A program made the position numbers and the translations under genes. A stretch of 64,000 nucleotides of DNA from Chloroflexota bacterium (lineage in GTDB: Bacteria > Chloroflexota > Dehalococcoidia > JACPQK01): assembly GCA_016190505.1 (NCBI GenBank), contig JACPQM010000052.1:21027-85026 (forward strand), in the 5' to 3' direction. Shown here piece by piece: positions 19,794 through 28,107 of this stretch. Positions within the stretch are counted from its first letter, which is position 1. Every line of letters starts with the position of its first letter. Below the pieces are notes generated by a model, which saw only the letters and a program-made list of their open reading frames with translations, did not search any database and had not been told where the DNA came from.

Positions 19794-20379
19794 CTGGCCC
19801 TGCGACGCGTCAAACGCCCGCGCTGTGTCGCTGCGAAGCTGGGTTGTTGTCGGTGGCAGGGTCACACGCGCTGTCCCACCTGCCCACGTCACCCTTTGTG
19901 TCAACAAACGTTTCGCCCATTCCCGACCCTCCCCGGATTACCCACATAACCGCTAGTTCCTCTTGTGGCACGCAAGGGCAGATTGTTCCACGCCGCTTGC
20001 GGCTCGTGGGTGGGGCAACCCGATCGGCTGGGCCAGCGCGGCCCTGTGGTGGCCCTGGCGTGCCCTCGCAGGCCCTCGCCCAGGGTCGGGCATCACACAA
20101 TGCTCAGCCAAGGCCCTGAGGCCGCCAGGGGCTGGGCCGCCTTGCCCTGGCCTTTCGTCTTCCGCTCGCCCCTGCCTTTGCGAACGCCTTGGCCCTTCGG
20201 CTCTGCCTCAGAGAGACAGATAGCAAGACATAGAGAGGCAGAGATACAGAGGGAACAAAGTAGTGCCTTTTCCAGGGGGCACTTTTCCCCCTATTGTGGG
20301 ACGATAAGGATGCTAGATTTTGAATCTAGCTGGCACCTTGACAACTGTATACGGTCCCTGGCACCAGGTGGCACCTTGG

Positions 20380-20720
20380 GCTAGGAAAGCAAGGTCACCG
20401 GAAGCTGGAAGCCTGTTAGGCAAGTCCGAATGGCATGGCGTAGCCAGACCTAAGCCAAGGCGGTAGTGACCTTGGCGAAGCGATACCGTAGCAGTCTACG
20501 CCTCAGACCTAGCCAGTCTGGGGACATACTACCGACATAGGGTTAGGCCAGTCCCGACAATGTCGGGACGCCAGTAGCGTGGATTTAGCCCGACTATGGG
20601 TTTGCTATAGCGTTCCCGCTACTGGTTCGGCAACCTAACCCTTCCGACTAGTCCCGACAGTAGTCGGGATCGCCCACCGCTTGGGCGGGGCGCAGTCCCC
20701 ACAAGTCGGCTGTGCGCAAT
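20380..20720 (+). ncRNA. Candidate large structured non-coding RNA / leader
   Basis: No credible ORF. Nested helices: 20390-98/20466-74 (9 bp), 20487-500 hairpin, 20501-23 hairpin, 20539-47/20634-42 (9 bp), 20551-69 hairpin, 20571-79/20617-25 (9 bp) and 20651-70 hairpin. Confidence 0.55.
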
Positions 20721-21294
20721 CTACAAACGAAAGGATTGAGCATGCCCGACGTCAAGACACCTCAGTACATTATGGACCTTCTGCGCCCCATGTCCCAACA
20801 GTCCAACGCTGACCGGCGGGTGTGGAGCATCCCGCTCCAGACGGTCTGGGTGCCCTTCTTCACCGCCACCAACGTGGTGGGGCAGACGCGCCTGGCCGAC
20901 GAGAGCCTGGGCGCCCCCCTGCGCCTGGCCAAGGACAAGGACGGGGCCGTCCGGTTCACCAAGCAGGGCCGTCCCGTCATCTCCGTGGCCAAGGAGCTTT
21001 CGACCAACGTCCGCATGGTGCGGGAGAACTTCCAGGCCGGCCTGGTGGCCTTCACTTCCCACGTGCGCAAGGCCAACGCCGAGGGCTACAAGTCCCAGGT
21101 GGAGCGCGCCCTGGCCGCAGGCCAGCCCATCGTCGAGAGCGACGGTAAGGCCCTGGTCGAGGCCATATCCGAGCGCGAGGAAGCCGAGGCCAAGGCCTCG
21201 GCCAGGGCGCCCCAGGACACCCGCGAGCCTGTGGCCGCATAGGAACCCCAGTCAGCGCATAGTCCCTCTTGTGGGGACTTCGCCCCGTCCAAGC
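20679..21294. repeat. Imperfect 40-bp inverted repeat (20679-20717 / 21255-21294) flanking ORF 20742-21242
   Basis: gcttgggcggggcgcagtccccacaagtcgg-ctgtgcgc vs the reverse complement gcttggacggggcgaagtccccacaagagggactatgcgc: 34 of 40 positions match, and two of the mismatches are G-U compatible on the + strand. Confidence 0.85.
20742..21242 (+). CDS. Hypothetical protein (166 aa) of the integrative element
   Basis: AAGGA RBS before ATG 20742; strong GC3 coding bias. Confidence 0.8.
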   Translation: MPDVKTPQYIMDLLRPMSQQSNADRRVWSIPLQTVWVPFFTATNVVGQTRLADESLGAPLRLAKDKDGAVRFTKQGRPVISVAKELSTNVRMVRENFQAGLVAFTSHVRKANAEGYKSQVERALAAGQPIVESDGKALVEAISEREEAEAKASARAPQDTREPVAA

Positions 21295-21319
21295 AAAGTC
21301 TGAGGGGCAGGAGCGAGCT

Positions 21320-21949
21320 ATGCGCTATCCTCAGTGGGCGACGCCGGAGCGAAGGGCGCACCTGGTGGCCATGTGGTCCAGGCTGGGCAACCGGTGTCTC
21401 TTGGGACACCTGGGCTGTAGTGAGCCGGAGCACTTTGTCCATACCAGGGTCAAGCCCGAGGTGGTGGGTGTCCCCGTGGCCCTCAAGGTTGTGGGCAAGG
21501 ACGGCACAGTCCGCGTGCTCAACACCCACCAGCCCCGCAAGGTCTACGTCCAGACCGCCGAGTGGGTAGGCGGCATCTACTACCTGGTGGAAGACGAGGT
21601 TGTCCAGGAGTGGGTGAGCGACGACAGGGCCGAGAGGGCCGCCTTGCTTCAGGCGGAGAGACGGCGACTCCATGACGACCAGTACCGTATCCGCCAGGGC
21701 CAGTGGGACAACGTAGCCCGTGAGCAGTGGTCAGAGCGCCACGGCATCTACTACCTGGAAGGCATGACCGTGGACGCCCTCACCCACAAGCGGGTGGCCA
21801 AGGTGCGCATCGCCAGTAGCCCCGTGCGTCTCTGGGTAACCATGCCCAGCCAGAACGCCAAGCGCAAGGCCCGGCGCTATGGCAAAGAGGGCGCCAGGAG
21901 CGACGACGAAGCCATCGTCCAGGCGGTGAAGCACTACTTGAATAGCTAG
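21320..21949 (+). CDS. Hypothetical protein with possible C-H-C-H zinc site (CLLGHLGCSEPEH)
   Basis: GAGGGG/AGGAG RBS; strong coding bias; 209 aa from ATG 21320. Confidence 0.75.
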   Translation: MRYPQWATPERRAHLVAMWSRLGNRCLLGHLGCSEPEHFVHTRVKPEVVGVPVALKVVGKDGTVRVLNTHQPRKVYVQTAEWVGGIYYLVEDEVVQEWVSDDRAERAALLQAERRRLHDDQYRIRQGQWDNVAREQWSERHGIYYLEGMTVDALTHKRVAKVRIASSPVRLWVTMPSQNAKRKARRYGKEGARSDDEAIVQAVKHYLNS

Positions 21950-22152
21950 CAACCTTTGGGGGGTCACCGAGCCGGAACGAGTGGCCGTAGCCCACGTCGC
22001 GAGAGGGCGTGGGGTCCCGATTTATCGGGATGGGAGCATGGCGGTCCCTGCTCACGGTCGAGGCGTGGCAGACCGCCCCCAGCGCAGCGGGGTGTGGGAT
22101 AAGCCCCCGCCGCCTTCCAAGCACGCCAGGGGGCGTTACTGCCCTGGCGCTA

Positions 22153-22193
22153 CCCCCAGTCCCGATACGTCGGGACTGGGGGCTTTTTGTTTT
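22153..22193 (+). terminator. Rho-independent terminator
   Basis: cccccagtcccga-tacg-tcgggactggggg (13-bp stem) followed by ctttttgtttt. Confidence 0.8.
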
Positions 22194-22285
22194 GCCTATC
22201 CTGGCCACAGCAAGAGGCCCCCAGCCTTTTTCACGAAGGGCTGGGGGCCTCTTGACGTTTGTGGCCCATTTTCGGGAGGTAACTC

Positions 22286-23014
22286 ATGGGCCTCACCTAT
22301 GACGAGCGCGACGGCTACCGCTACTGGGTGCGCGCCCAGTATGAGCGCTTGGACGAGCCCTGGCTGAGCTACGGGCGCATCGCCCGCCACTATGCCCGCG
22401 AGGCGGACCCCGAGGACCGGGAGGACCTGGTCCAGGACATCATCCTGGCCCTGGCCGCGGCTGCCCTCAAGCGGGGCGAGCTTCACCCGTGGCTCATGCT
22501 CACCATCGCCAAGCACGCCTGGTTCCACTACCTGCGGGACAAGATCAATCTCCGCCGGCGCTTTTGCTCCCTCAACAGCCCCGTGCCTGGGGACCACGAG
22601 GGAACACGGGAGCTGTGGGAGACCCTGGCCGATGATAAGGCGCTGGACCTGGACGACTGGGCCGACGCCCGTCTGACCCTGGCGGCGTTCCCTCTCAGGG
22701 TGCTCCAGGTGGCCGCCAAGCGGGCCGGGGGCGAGGCGCTGACCACGGGTGAGCGCTCCTTACTCCTGCGCTGCCGGGAGCGGGGCGGGCCACCTGCGCC
22801 CACCAGCACGGGCATCGAGCGCTTCGCCCACATCGTCGCCGAAAGGGCGGCCCAGGGCTGGGGCAGCTGTGCCATCTGGCGTGAGCTGAAGGACATTGGC
22901 TTTGAAGGCTCCCGTTCCGCCGTCAAGTACTTCCTGGGCGGGGACAAGACCCGCGAGCTCCGGGCCAAGCGGCAGCGCGACCGGCGCCGGAGACAGTCCC
23001 GACAGGAGGTCTAG
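22286..23014 (+). CDS. Sigma-70/ECF region-2-like protein with additional C-terminal HTH-like segment
   Basis: DREDLVQDIILAL...LMLTIAKHAWFHYLR is region-2-like. The C-terminal QGWGSCAIWRELKDIGFEGSRSAVKYF is HTH-like. GGGAGGT RBS. Confidence 0.55.
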   Translation: MGLTYDERDGYRYWVRAQYERLDEPWLSYGRIARHYAREADPEDREDLVQDIILALAAAALKRGELHPWLMLTIAKHAWFHYLRDKINLRRRFCSLNSPVPGDHEGTRELWETLADDKALDLDDWADARLTLAAFPLRVLQVAAKRAGGEALTTGERSLLLRCRERGGPPAPTSTGIERFAHIVAERAAQGWGSCAIWRELKDIGFEGSRSAVKYFLGGDKTRELRAKRQRDRRRRQSRQEV

Positions 23015-23251
23015 ATGACACTGGACCCAATGGACCGCCTGGTCCGGAGCTGGGCCAGGCTGAAGGCCGCCAAGAAGCTGCTAGCGGAGGGGCCGGACAG
23101 CCGCGGGCTGCGCCAGTTCATCCGGCGGGAGACGACTATCCTCCTGCGCCGGGCGGCCCGTGTGCTGTGGCTGGCCCTGAAGGAGTGGGGCAGCGCCCGG
23201 TCCAGAAAGAGGTGCCCCTACGGAAGTCGGGTGCCCCAGGGCCGGCCCTGA
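23015..23251 (+). CDS. Small basic hypothetical protein (78 aa)
   Basis: AGGAGG RBS; starts immediately after the upstream stop. Confidence 0.55.
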   Translation: MTLDPMDRLVRSWARLKAAKKLLAEGPDSRGLRQFIRRETTILLRRAARVLWLALKEWGSARSRKRCPYGSRVPQGRP

Positions 23252-23591
23252 GCAAAGCGAGGGGTAAGGGCATAGCTAGTGGGGCAGCCTGCCTGGGCGG
23301 CCAAGGCAGATGTGATCTGCTCTGGCGGATGGCCCGCTGGGCGGAAGCGTGTGTGCAAAGGGAAGTCCGCTGGCTTAGAGAGCGCCAGGCTCAAACAGGC
23401 GAAGCGGATGCCCAAGCCAGGGACAGCGTGACTTGCAGGGGACGGAGGCCGCTTGTATGAAAGGTTCAGTGCATGCCGAAGGACCTTGTAGGGCCTTCAC
23501 CGGCGGCCACCAACATCCTCTCTGCATGCAAGAAACGTGAAGTCCGCCCTGCTTGCTCCGAGGATAGGCTAATGCCCAGCGCGCAGGCGAC

Positions 23592-25031
23592 ATGCGCGGC
23601 ATGGGCTTGACACCGGATAGGGGCTATCCTCAGAATTGGTGCCTAAAGAGCGGAAGCCCCTGTGCGGGGGCGATTGATGCCGGAGCAGCGAGGAGGCCCC
23701 TCATGCCCAGAAGCATGGCCAGACTAGCGCAGCCCCGGGGCGATGCCAAGGCCCCGGTTCCATCTACGCCATCCCCAGAGTCAGTAATGGCCGATGCCGA
23801 TGCGTTCTTTGCCGAGGGTACCCCAGGCGAAGACTTTCTCTCTTCATTGGAAGTAAAGCAAGTCCCATACCCCAGCAACCTTGACATTCAAGATCGCATC
23901 GAGGAAACCAAGGCCGAGATCTCCCACCGCATTGCGGAACTGGAAACCCGTTTGGCGCAACTGGGGGGCATTGTATCGGCGACCTCACATCCCCAAGTAC
24001 CGAGCATCTCGACCGCATCCCTTATCGATCTCTTGCTAGCGCAAAAAGCCCACAAGGGCGTGAAAGATAGTCATGGCAGGACTCTGGCGAAGCACGTCAG
24101 GCGGTTTGGCAAGGCCTTCCCATCCTTGCCCCTCGACTCTCAGGCCATCATTGAGTATCTGTCGCAGTTCAATGGAATATCCGGCCGCACGCGGCGGAAT
24201 CACCAGGATAGTCTACGACAGCTTTACAAGGTCGCCGCGGCCCGGCTTGGCGTCCCTAATGTGTTGGCCCAGATTGAACGCCCGCTGGTGCGCCAGCGGC
24301 CGCCACGGACCCTATCCCTGGACCAAGTGCGCCTCGTCGTCGCCGCCGCAATGGAAGGAATGGAGAGGACTGCGCTGGATCTGGCACTAGGCCATGGCTG
24401 GCGGCAAGTGGAGGTCAGGAGGATAACTGGCGAAGATGTCCGCGCAATCGAGGCAGGTCTGATTGCATGCCACGGGAAAGAACGAGAAGAGCTCGCGCCC
24501 GTGCTTCCCGAAACCGTAGAGCGACTGTCACGGCTAGCTGAGGGGTGTTCAGGGCCTATCTTCCTGGACCGCCGGGGGCGCTCGCAGCCGTTGGGTGAGG
24601 ATGGCATGAGCGATTTGCTCAAAGGCATCATGAACAGGGCGAGGGTGAGTGGTTTCAGTGGCCACGACCTTCGCCGTACGTTCGCAACCCTCGTGCGCGA
24701 TGCCTCAGGGGACGAGCTGCTGGCAATGAGGCTGCTTCGCGATCGGGTTCCTGGCGTGGCAGACCGTTACCTCGCATCCAATCTGGGAGAACTTTGCCGG
24801 GCGCTTCAAAACTACTCCCCGGTTAGGCAGATCCATCACGAAGTGCCGCATCACAACAACGGCCAGGGGCGCCGCACTGTCGACGCCAACCCCCCGGCAA
24901 ACCCTCACGCACCCCCCCGTCAGACCGCAGCTTTAGCAGGCCGGGGGGATACATGGTGGAGACGGGGGGGAGTCGAACCCCCCGTCCAGAGACGGACACC
25001 CAGGCTGCCTACAAGCTTATCCGACCATTAG
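23592..25031 (+). CDS. Tyrosine recombinase / phage-type integrase (true start probably further downstream, e.g. 23703)
   Basis: Catalytic residues R (GWRQVE), K (GKE), HxxR (HDLRRTFAT) and Y (ADRY); SAM-like N-domain. The ORF tail overlaps the ssrA 3' end in antisense. Confidence 0.85.
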   Translation: MRGMGLTPDRGYPQNWCLKSGSPCAGAIDAGAARRPLMPRSMARLAQPRGDAKAPVPSTPSPESVMADADAFFAEGTPGEDFLSSLEVKQVPYPSNLDIQDRIEETKAEISHRIAELETRLAQLGGIVSATSHPQVPSISTASLIDLLLAQKAHKGVKDSHGRTLAKHVRRFGKAFPSLPLDSQAIIEYLSQFNGISGRTRRNHQDSLRQLYKVAAARLGVPNVLAQIERPLVRQRPPRTLSLDQVRLVVAAAMEGMERTALDLALGHGWRQVEVRRITGEDVRAIEAGLIACHGKEREELAPVLPETVERLSRLAEGCSGPIFLDRRGRSQPLGEDGMSDLLKGIMNRARVSGFSGHDLRRTFATLVRDASGDELLAMRLLRDRVPGVADRYLASNLGELCRALQNYSPVRQIHHEVPHHNNGQGRRTVDANPPANPHAPPRQTAALAGRGDTWWRRGGVEPPVQRRTPRLPTSLSDH

Positions 25032-25303
25032 CTCTCGCCCTGCCTGTGGCCGTCGGCCGCCCCCTGGCAGGGCCAGTCGGTTACTTTTCTTTGACGGGCC
25101 AGACCGACATAGGGCCCATCGCACCCCTTCTGTTCGGCGCCTTGACCAGGCCCGAAGGGTGAAGCCTGGGAGGCGTAGTCGCTGTTTAGGCGGCTAGGGC
25201 GAAATCGTTTGCGCCAGTTATGTTTTGCCCCGTTTTTACGAGGTCAGGGCGCCTCGGCTTGCCATCCTGGGACGCCACACCCCTGTCGAAACCACGCGTC
25301 CCC
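24954..25303 (-). ncRNA. ssrA: tmRNA (350 nt); tag reading frame (A)GANDFALAA*
   Basis: 5' GGGGACG pairs with 3' CGTCTCC-ACCA including the G3-U alanine identity pair. T-arm GGTTCGACTCC; ATAACT-GGC GCA AAC GAT TTC GCC CTA GCC GCC TAA; smpB lies ~1 kb upstream. Confidence 0.95.
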
Positions 25304-25316
25304 AATAACCAATACC

Positions 25317-25344
25317 ATTATACACGCCATAGGGCCACGGTCAA
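25317..25344 (-). promoter_or_regulatory. Sigma70-type promoter of ssrA
   Basis: TTGACC-N16-TATAAT, 13 nt upstream of the mature 5' end. Confidence 0.7.
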
Positions 25345-25400
25345 AGCTACGACAAATCGGGCGCTAGTACAAACCGGAGCCCGTGGGGGCAAGGCAGCTC

Positions 25401-25426
25401 AGGGCAAGGCAGCGCCTTGCCCCTAC
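25401..25426 (-). repeat. GTAG-type REP palindrome
   Basis: GTAGGGGCAAGGCGCTGCCTTGCCCT, overlapping the stop of the MBL-fold gene. Confidence 0.7.
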
Positions 25427-26259
25427 TCTCTTGTGTGCTTGTAGATGCGGTAGCACATCTCGATGTTCTCGGGAATGAACTCCTGGTGGTGCCAGTGGCT
25501 GTACTTGCTCAAGTCCAGGCCCTTCCTTACCTCGTCCAGGGTCTTGCCCTGGGCAATCATGGCCTTGACCTGGCCGGTGAAGTCCACCAGGTAGTCGCGG
25601 AAGGCCTTCAGGTCGGCTTTGGTGCTTAAGGGGCCGTGGCCGGGGACGATGGTGTCCACCGGCATGTCGAGGATGCGGTCAATGACCCGGACCCAGTTCC
25701 CGGGGTTGGTGTGGGAGTATGGCTTGAACACACAGTGGTTGTGGGAGAAGAGCAGGTCGCCGGTGAAGATGATGCGCTCGTGGGGGAGGAAGACGTAGAC
25801 GTCCCCCGCCGTGTGGCCAGGCCCGGCGTGGACCAGTCGCAGGTGCTTGTTCCCCATGTTGAGGACCATCTCACCGGAGAAGCCCAGGTGAGGGTTCACG
25901 GGCTGAAGCCCCTGGGCCTTGGCCGGGTCGAACTCGCGCATGAAGTTGATGCTGTGCTGCGGTCCCCAGTCCTCCAGATTGAGGCGGGTAACCTCCGAGG
26001 CGACAATCGTGGCCCCTTCCTTTTGCCAGACCTGGTTGCCCGTGGTGTGGTCCACGTGCATGTGGGTGTTGACCAGGAACTTGATAGGCTCGCTGGTGAT
26101 GCCCCGGATGACCCGGACCAGGTCCGCCGCCCAGACAAAGTGCGAGTCTATGACGACTACTCCCTCGCCGGTAACGATGAATCCGGCGTTGGTGCCGTCG
26201 TGGGGGTCATTCTCACCCAGGTAGGCGTAGACGCCTTCAGTGATGCTGACCAGGTTCAT
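25423..26259 (-). CDS. MBL-fold metallo-hydrolase (cyclase-like)
   Basis: THMHVDHTTGN, GHTAGD, TGDLLF and VPGHG. Confidence 0.9.
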   Translation of the reverse strand: MNLVSITEGVYAYLGENDPHDGTNAGFIVTGEGVVVIDSHFVWAADLVRVIRGITSEPIKFLVNTHMHVDHTTGNQVWQKEGATIVASEVTRLNLEDWGPQHSINFMREFDPAKAQGLQPVNPHLGFSGEMVLNMGNKHLRLVHAGPGHTAGDVYVFLPHERIIFTGDLLFSHNHCVFKPYSHTNPGNWVRVIDRILDMPVDTIVPGHGPLSTKADLKAFRDYLVDFTGQVKAMIAQGKTLDEVRKGLDLSKYSHWHHQEFIPENIEMCYRIYKHTRE

Positions 26260-26271
26260 TGTGCCTCCTCG

Positions 26272-26754
26272 CTACACGCGTTGTTTGAGGGCGCGCTCGA
26301 CCTCCCGCCGGGTCTCGCGCTCAATGGTAGTCTGCCGCTTGTCATACTGCTTCTTGCCCAACGCCAGTCCGATCTCTACCTTGGCCAGCCGCCCTTTGAT
26401 GTAGAGTCTCAGGGGAATAATGGTAAAGCCCTTGGCGCTCACTTTGCCGGCCAGGTAGTCCATCTGTTTGCGGTGGAGCAGCAGCTTGCGGGGCCGGAGG
26501 GGCTCGTGGTTGTAGTGCGTCCCTGAGGCGTAGGGGGCGATGTGCACGTTCAGCAGCCACATCTCTCCCTTCTCGGGGAAGGCGTAGCCCTCGCGGAGGT
26601 TGACCTTGCCCTCGCGGATGGACTTGATCTCCGTCCCCGTCAGTTGGACCCCCGCCTCGAAGGTCTCCAGTATGTGGTAGTCAAAGTGCGCCCTCCGGTT
26701 GAGGGCCATGGTCCTGACGGGCGAGGAGGCCTCTTTAGAGCTGCTTTTTGACAT
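26272..26754 (-). CDS. smpB: SsrA-binding protein
   Basis: NRRAHFDY, EAGVQLTGTEIKSIR, RKLLLH and GKKQYDKR. Confidence 0.97.
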   Translation of the reverse strand: MSKSSSKEASSPVRTMALNRRAHFDYHILETFEAGVQLTGTEIKSIREGKVNLREGYAFPEKGEMWLLNVHIAPYASGTHYNHEPLRPRKLLLHRKQMDYLAGKVSAKGFTIIPLRLYIKGRLAKVEIGLALGKKQYDKRQTTIERETRREVERALKQRV

Positions 26755-27958
26755 GGTCCAGGGCAGCGTCAAGCTGGGGGTCCAGCCCCCGGGCGTTGTC
26801 GTCCTGCGTCCGGAGGATTTCTATGTCAGGGGCCAGGCCCTGCCCCTCGATCTGGCGGCCGTTGGGGGTAAGCCACCGGGCAATGGTGACGTACAGGGCG
26901 CCGCCGTTGCTCAGCTCTCGGAAGATGTTGACCGCCCCCTTGCCGTAGGTGGAGGTGCCAATGATGACCGCCCGCTGTTGGTCCTGGATGGCGCCGGCCA
27001 TTACCTCGCTGCCGCTGGCGCTGCCACGGTCCACCAGGACGGCCAGGGGCAACTCGGTGGCGATGCCACCCGGGACCACCGACCAGGACTTGCGGTCCCC
27101 GTTGGCGGACTCCTCGTAGAGGACGATACCCTTCTTGAGGAACTGGCTGGTGGCCTGTACGGTGGCGTCCAGGAAGCCGCCCGGGTTACCCCGAAGATCC
27201 AACACCAGCCCCCTGGCGCCCTGGCCCTTGAGGTCGCGGAGGGCCTTGACCAGGTCCTGAGGGGTATCCGAGGCGAAGGTGGTGATCCGTACGTAGCCGA
27301 TGTCGTCTGGCTTCATCTCGGCGCTCACGGTGGACATCTGGATGCGGGCGCGGGTCAGCGGGAATTCCGTGGGCCTGGTGTCGCCCTCCCGGACGATGGT
27401 CACCGTTACCCTGGTGCCCGCTTGGCCCCGGATGCGGACGATGACCTGCGGCAGGCTCAGGCCCTCTATGGAATCGCCATCAACCGCGACAATCTGGTCG
27501 CCGGCCTTGATGCCGGCCTTGGCCGCCGGGCTCCCCTCGATGGGGCTGACTATCACGATCTTGCCGTCTCGCTGGTCCACCACGGCGCCGATGCCCTCGT
27601 AATCGCCACCAAAATGGCCGGTGGTCTCCAGCTTGTAGCTGAGGGGGTCAATGTAGGAGGTATGCGGGTCGCCCAGGGCGTCCACCAGGCCCTGGATGGA
27701 GCCGTTGCCCAGAGCGTCCCAGTCCAGGCGGTCACGGTCCACATGGTCCTGGCCCAGGATGTCCCAGACCTCAATAAGGGTCTGGAGCTCGGGTGAGACG
27801 TCACCAGACCTGGTGTGGAACGGGGGAGTAGACGAAGTAGCTGGGGCAAACGGCGCCAGGGCGCCAGCCGGGGAAAAGCCCATGCCGGCGCCGAAGGCCA
27901 GTCCCAGGAGCAGTGGTATGAGCAATACTATGACAGTAGTCTTGGCGACTCTTAACAC
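26735..27958 (-). CDS. ctpA: S41 family C-terminal processing protease with PDZ domain
   Basis: PDZ domain (GIGAVV), LDLRGNPGG, SASGSE and YGKG; N-terminal TM; GTG start after AGGAGG. Confidence 0.9.
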   Translation of the reverse strand: MLRVAKTTVIVLLIPLLLGLAFGAGMGFSPAGALAPFAPATSSTPPFHTRSGDVSPELQTLIEVWDILGQDHVDRDRLDWDALGNGSIQGLVDALGDPHTSYIDPLSYKLETTGHFGGDYEGIGAVVDQRDGKIVIVSPIEGSPAAKAGIKAGDQIVAVDGDSIEGLSLPQVIVRIRGQAGTRVTVTIVREGDTRPTEFPLTRARIQMSTVSAEMKPDDIGYVRITTFASDTPQDLVKALRDLKGQGARGLVLDLRGNPGGFLDATVQATSQFLKKGIVLYEESANGDRKSWSVVPGGIATELPLAVLVDRGSASGSEVMAGAIQDQQRAVIIGTSTYGKGAVNIFRELSNGGALYVTIARWLTPNGRQIEGQGLAPDIEILRTQDDNARGLDPQLDAALDHVKKQL

Positions 27959-28107
27959 AGGATGCCTCCTGATGGGTACACTTGGTCTAACGATTCTAGC
28001 ATACCTTCTTTCACCGGGGGTCACAACGCCCCAAGTTGACTGGCTGTCGCCCAGACAGGATAATGTCGGTGGTCTATGCGCAGAATTTCAGGTCTGAGGA
28101 GGCCAGT

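Larger units (their letters stand above)
20300..24953 (+). mobile_element. Small integrative element at the 3' end of ssrA (left boundary approximate)
   Basis: Tyrosine integrase abutting the tmRNA 3' end, with four co-oriented unknown/sigma-like ORFs upstream. A second att copy was not found. Confidence 0.65.

Noticed and set aside
20380-21300. Group I or group II intron / retron explanation for the structured RNA with a looped-out ORF
   Set aside because: There is no domain V or GUGYG end, no clear P7 R/S pair in the correct order, and the ORF has no RT, LAGLIDADG, HNH or GIY-YIG motifs.
20551-22176. CRISPR array made of GTCCCGA palindromes
   Set aside because: Only four copies, irregular spacing (100 to 1360 nt), variable length and no cas genes.
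1-24953. Second attachment site (duplicate of the ssrA 3' end, TGGTGGAGACGGGGGGAGTCGAACC on +)
   Set aside because: No convincing copy was found by eye. The nearest look-alike (tggtggaagacgagg, about 21586) lies inside an ORF and diverges quickly. The far boundary may be outside the window or eroded.
24954-25000. tRNA gene
   Set aside because: The T-arm and CCA belong to the tmRNA; there is no anticodon arm, and the matching 5' end lies 350 nt away.
23592-25031. Integron integrase IntI serving the attC array
   Set aside because: It lacks the IntI-specific insertion between box I and box II, and it is positioned like a tmRNA-targeting island integrase.
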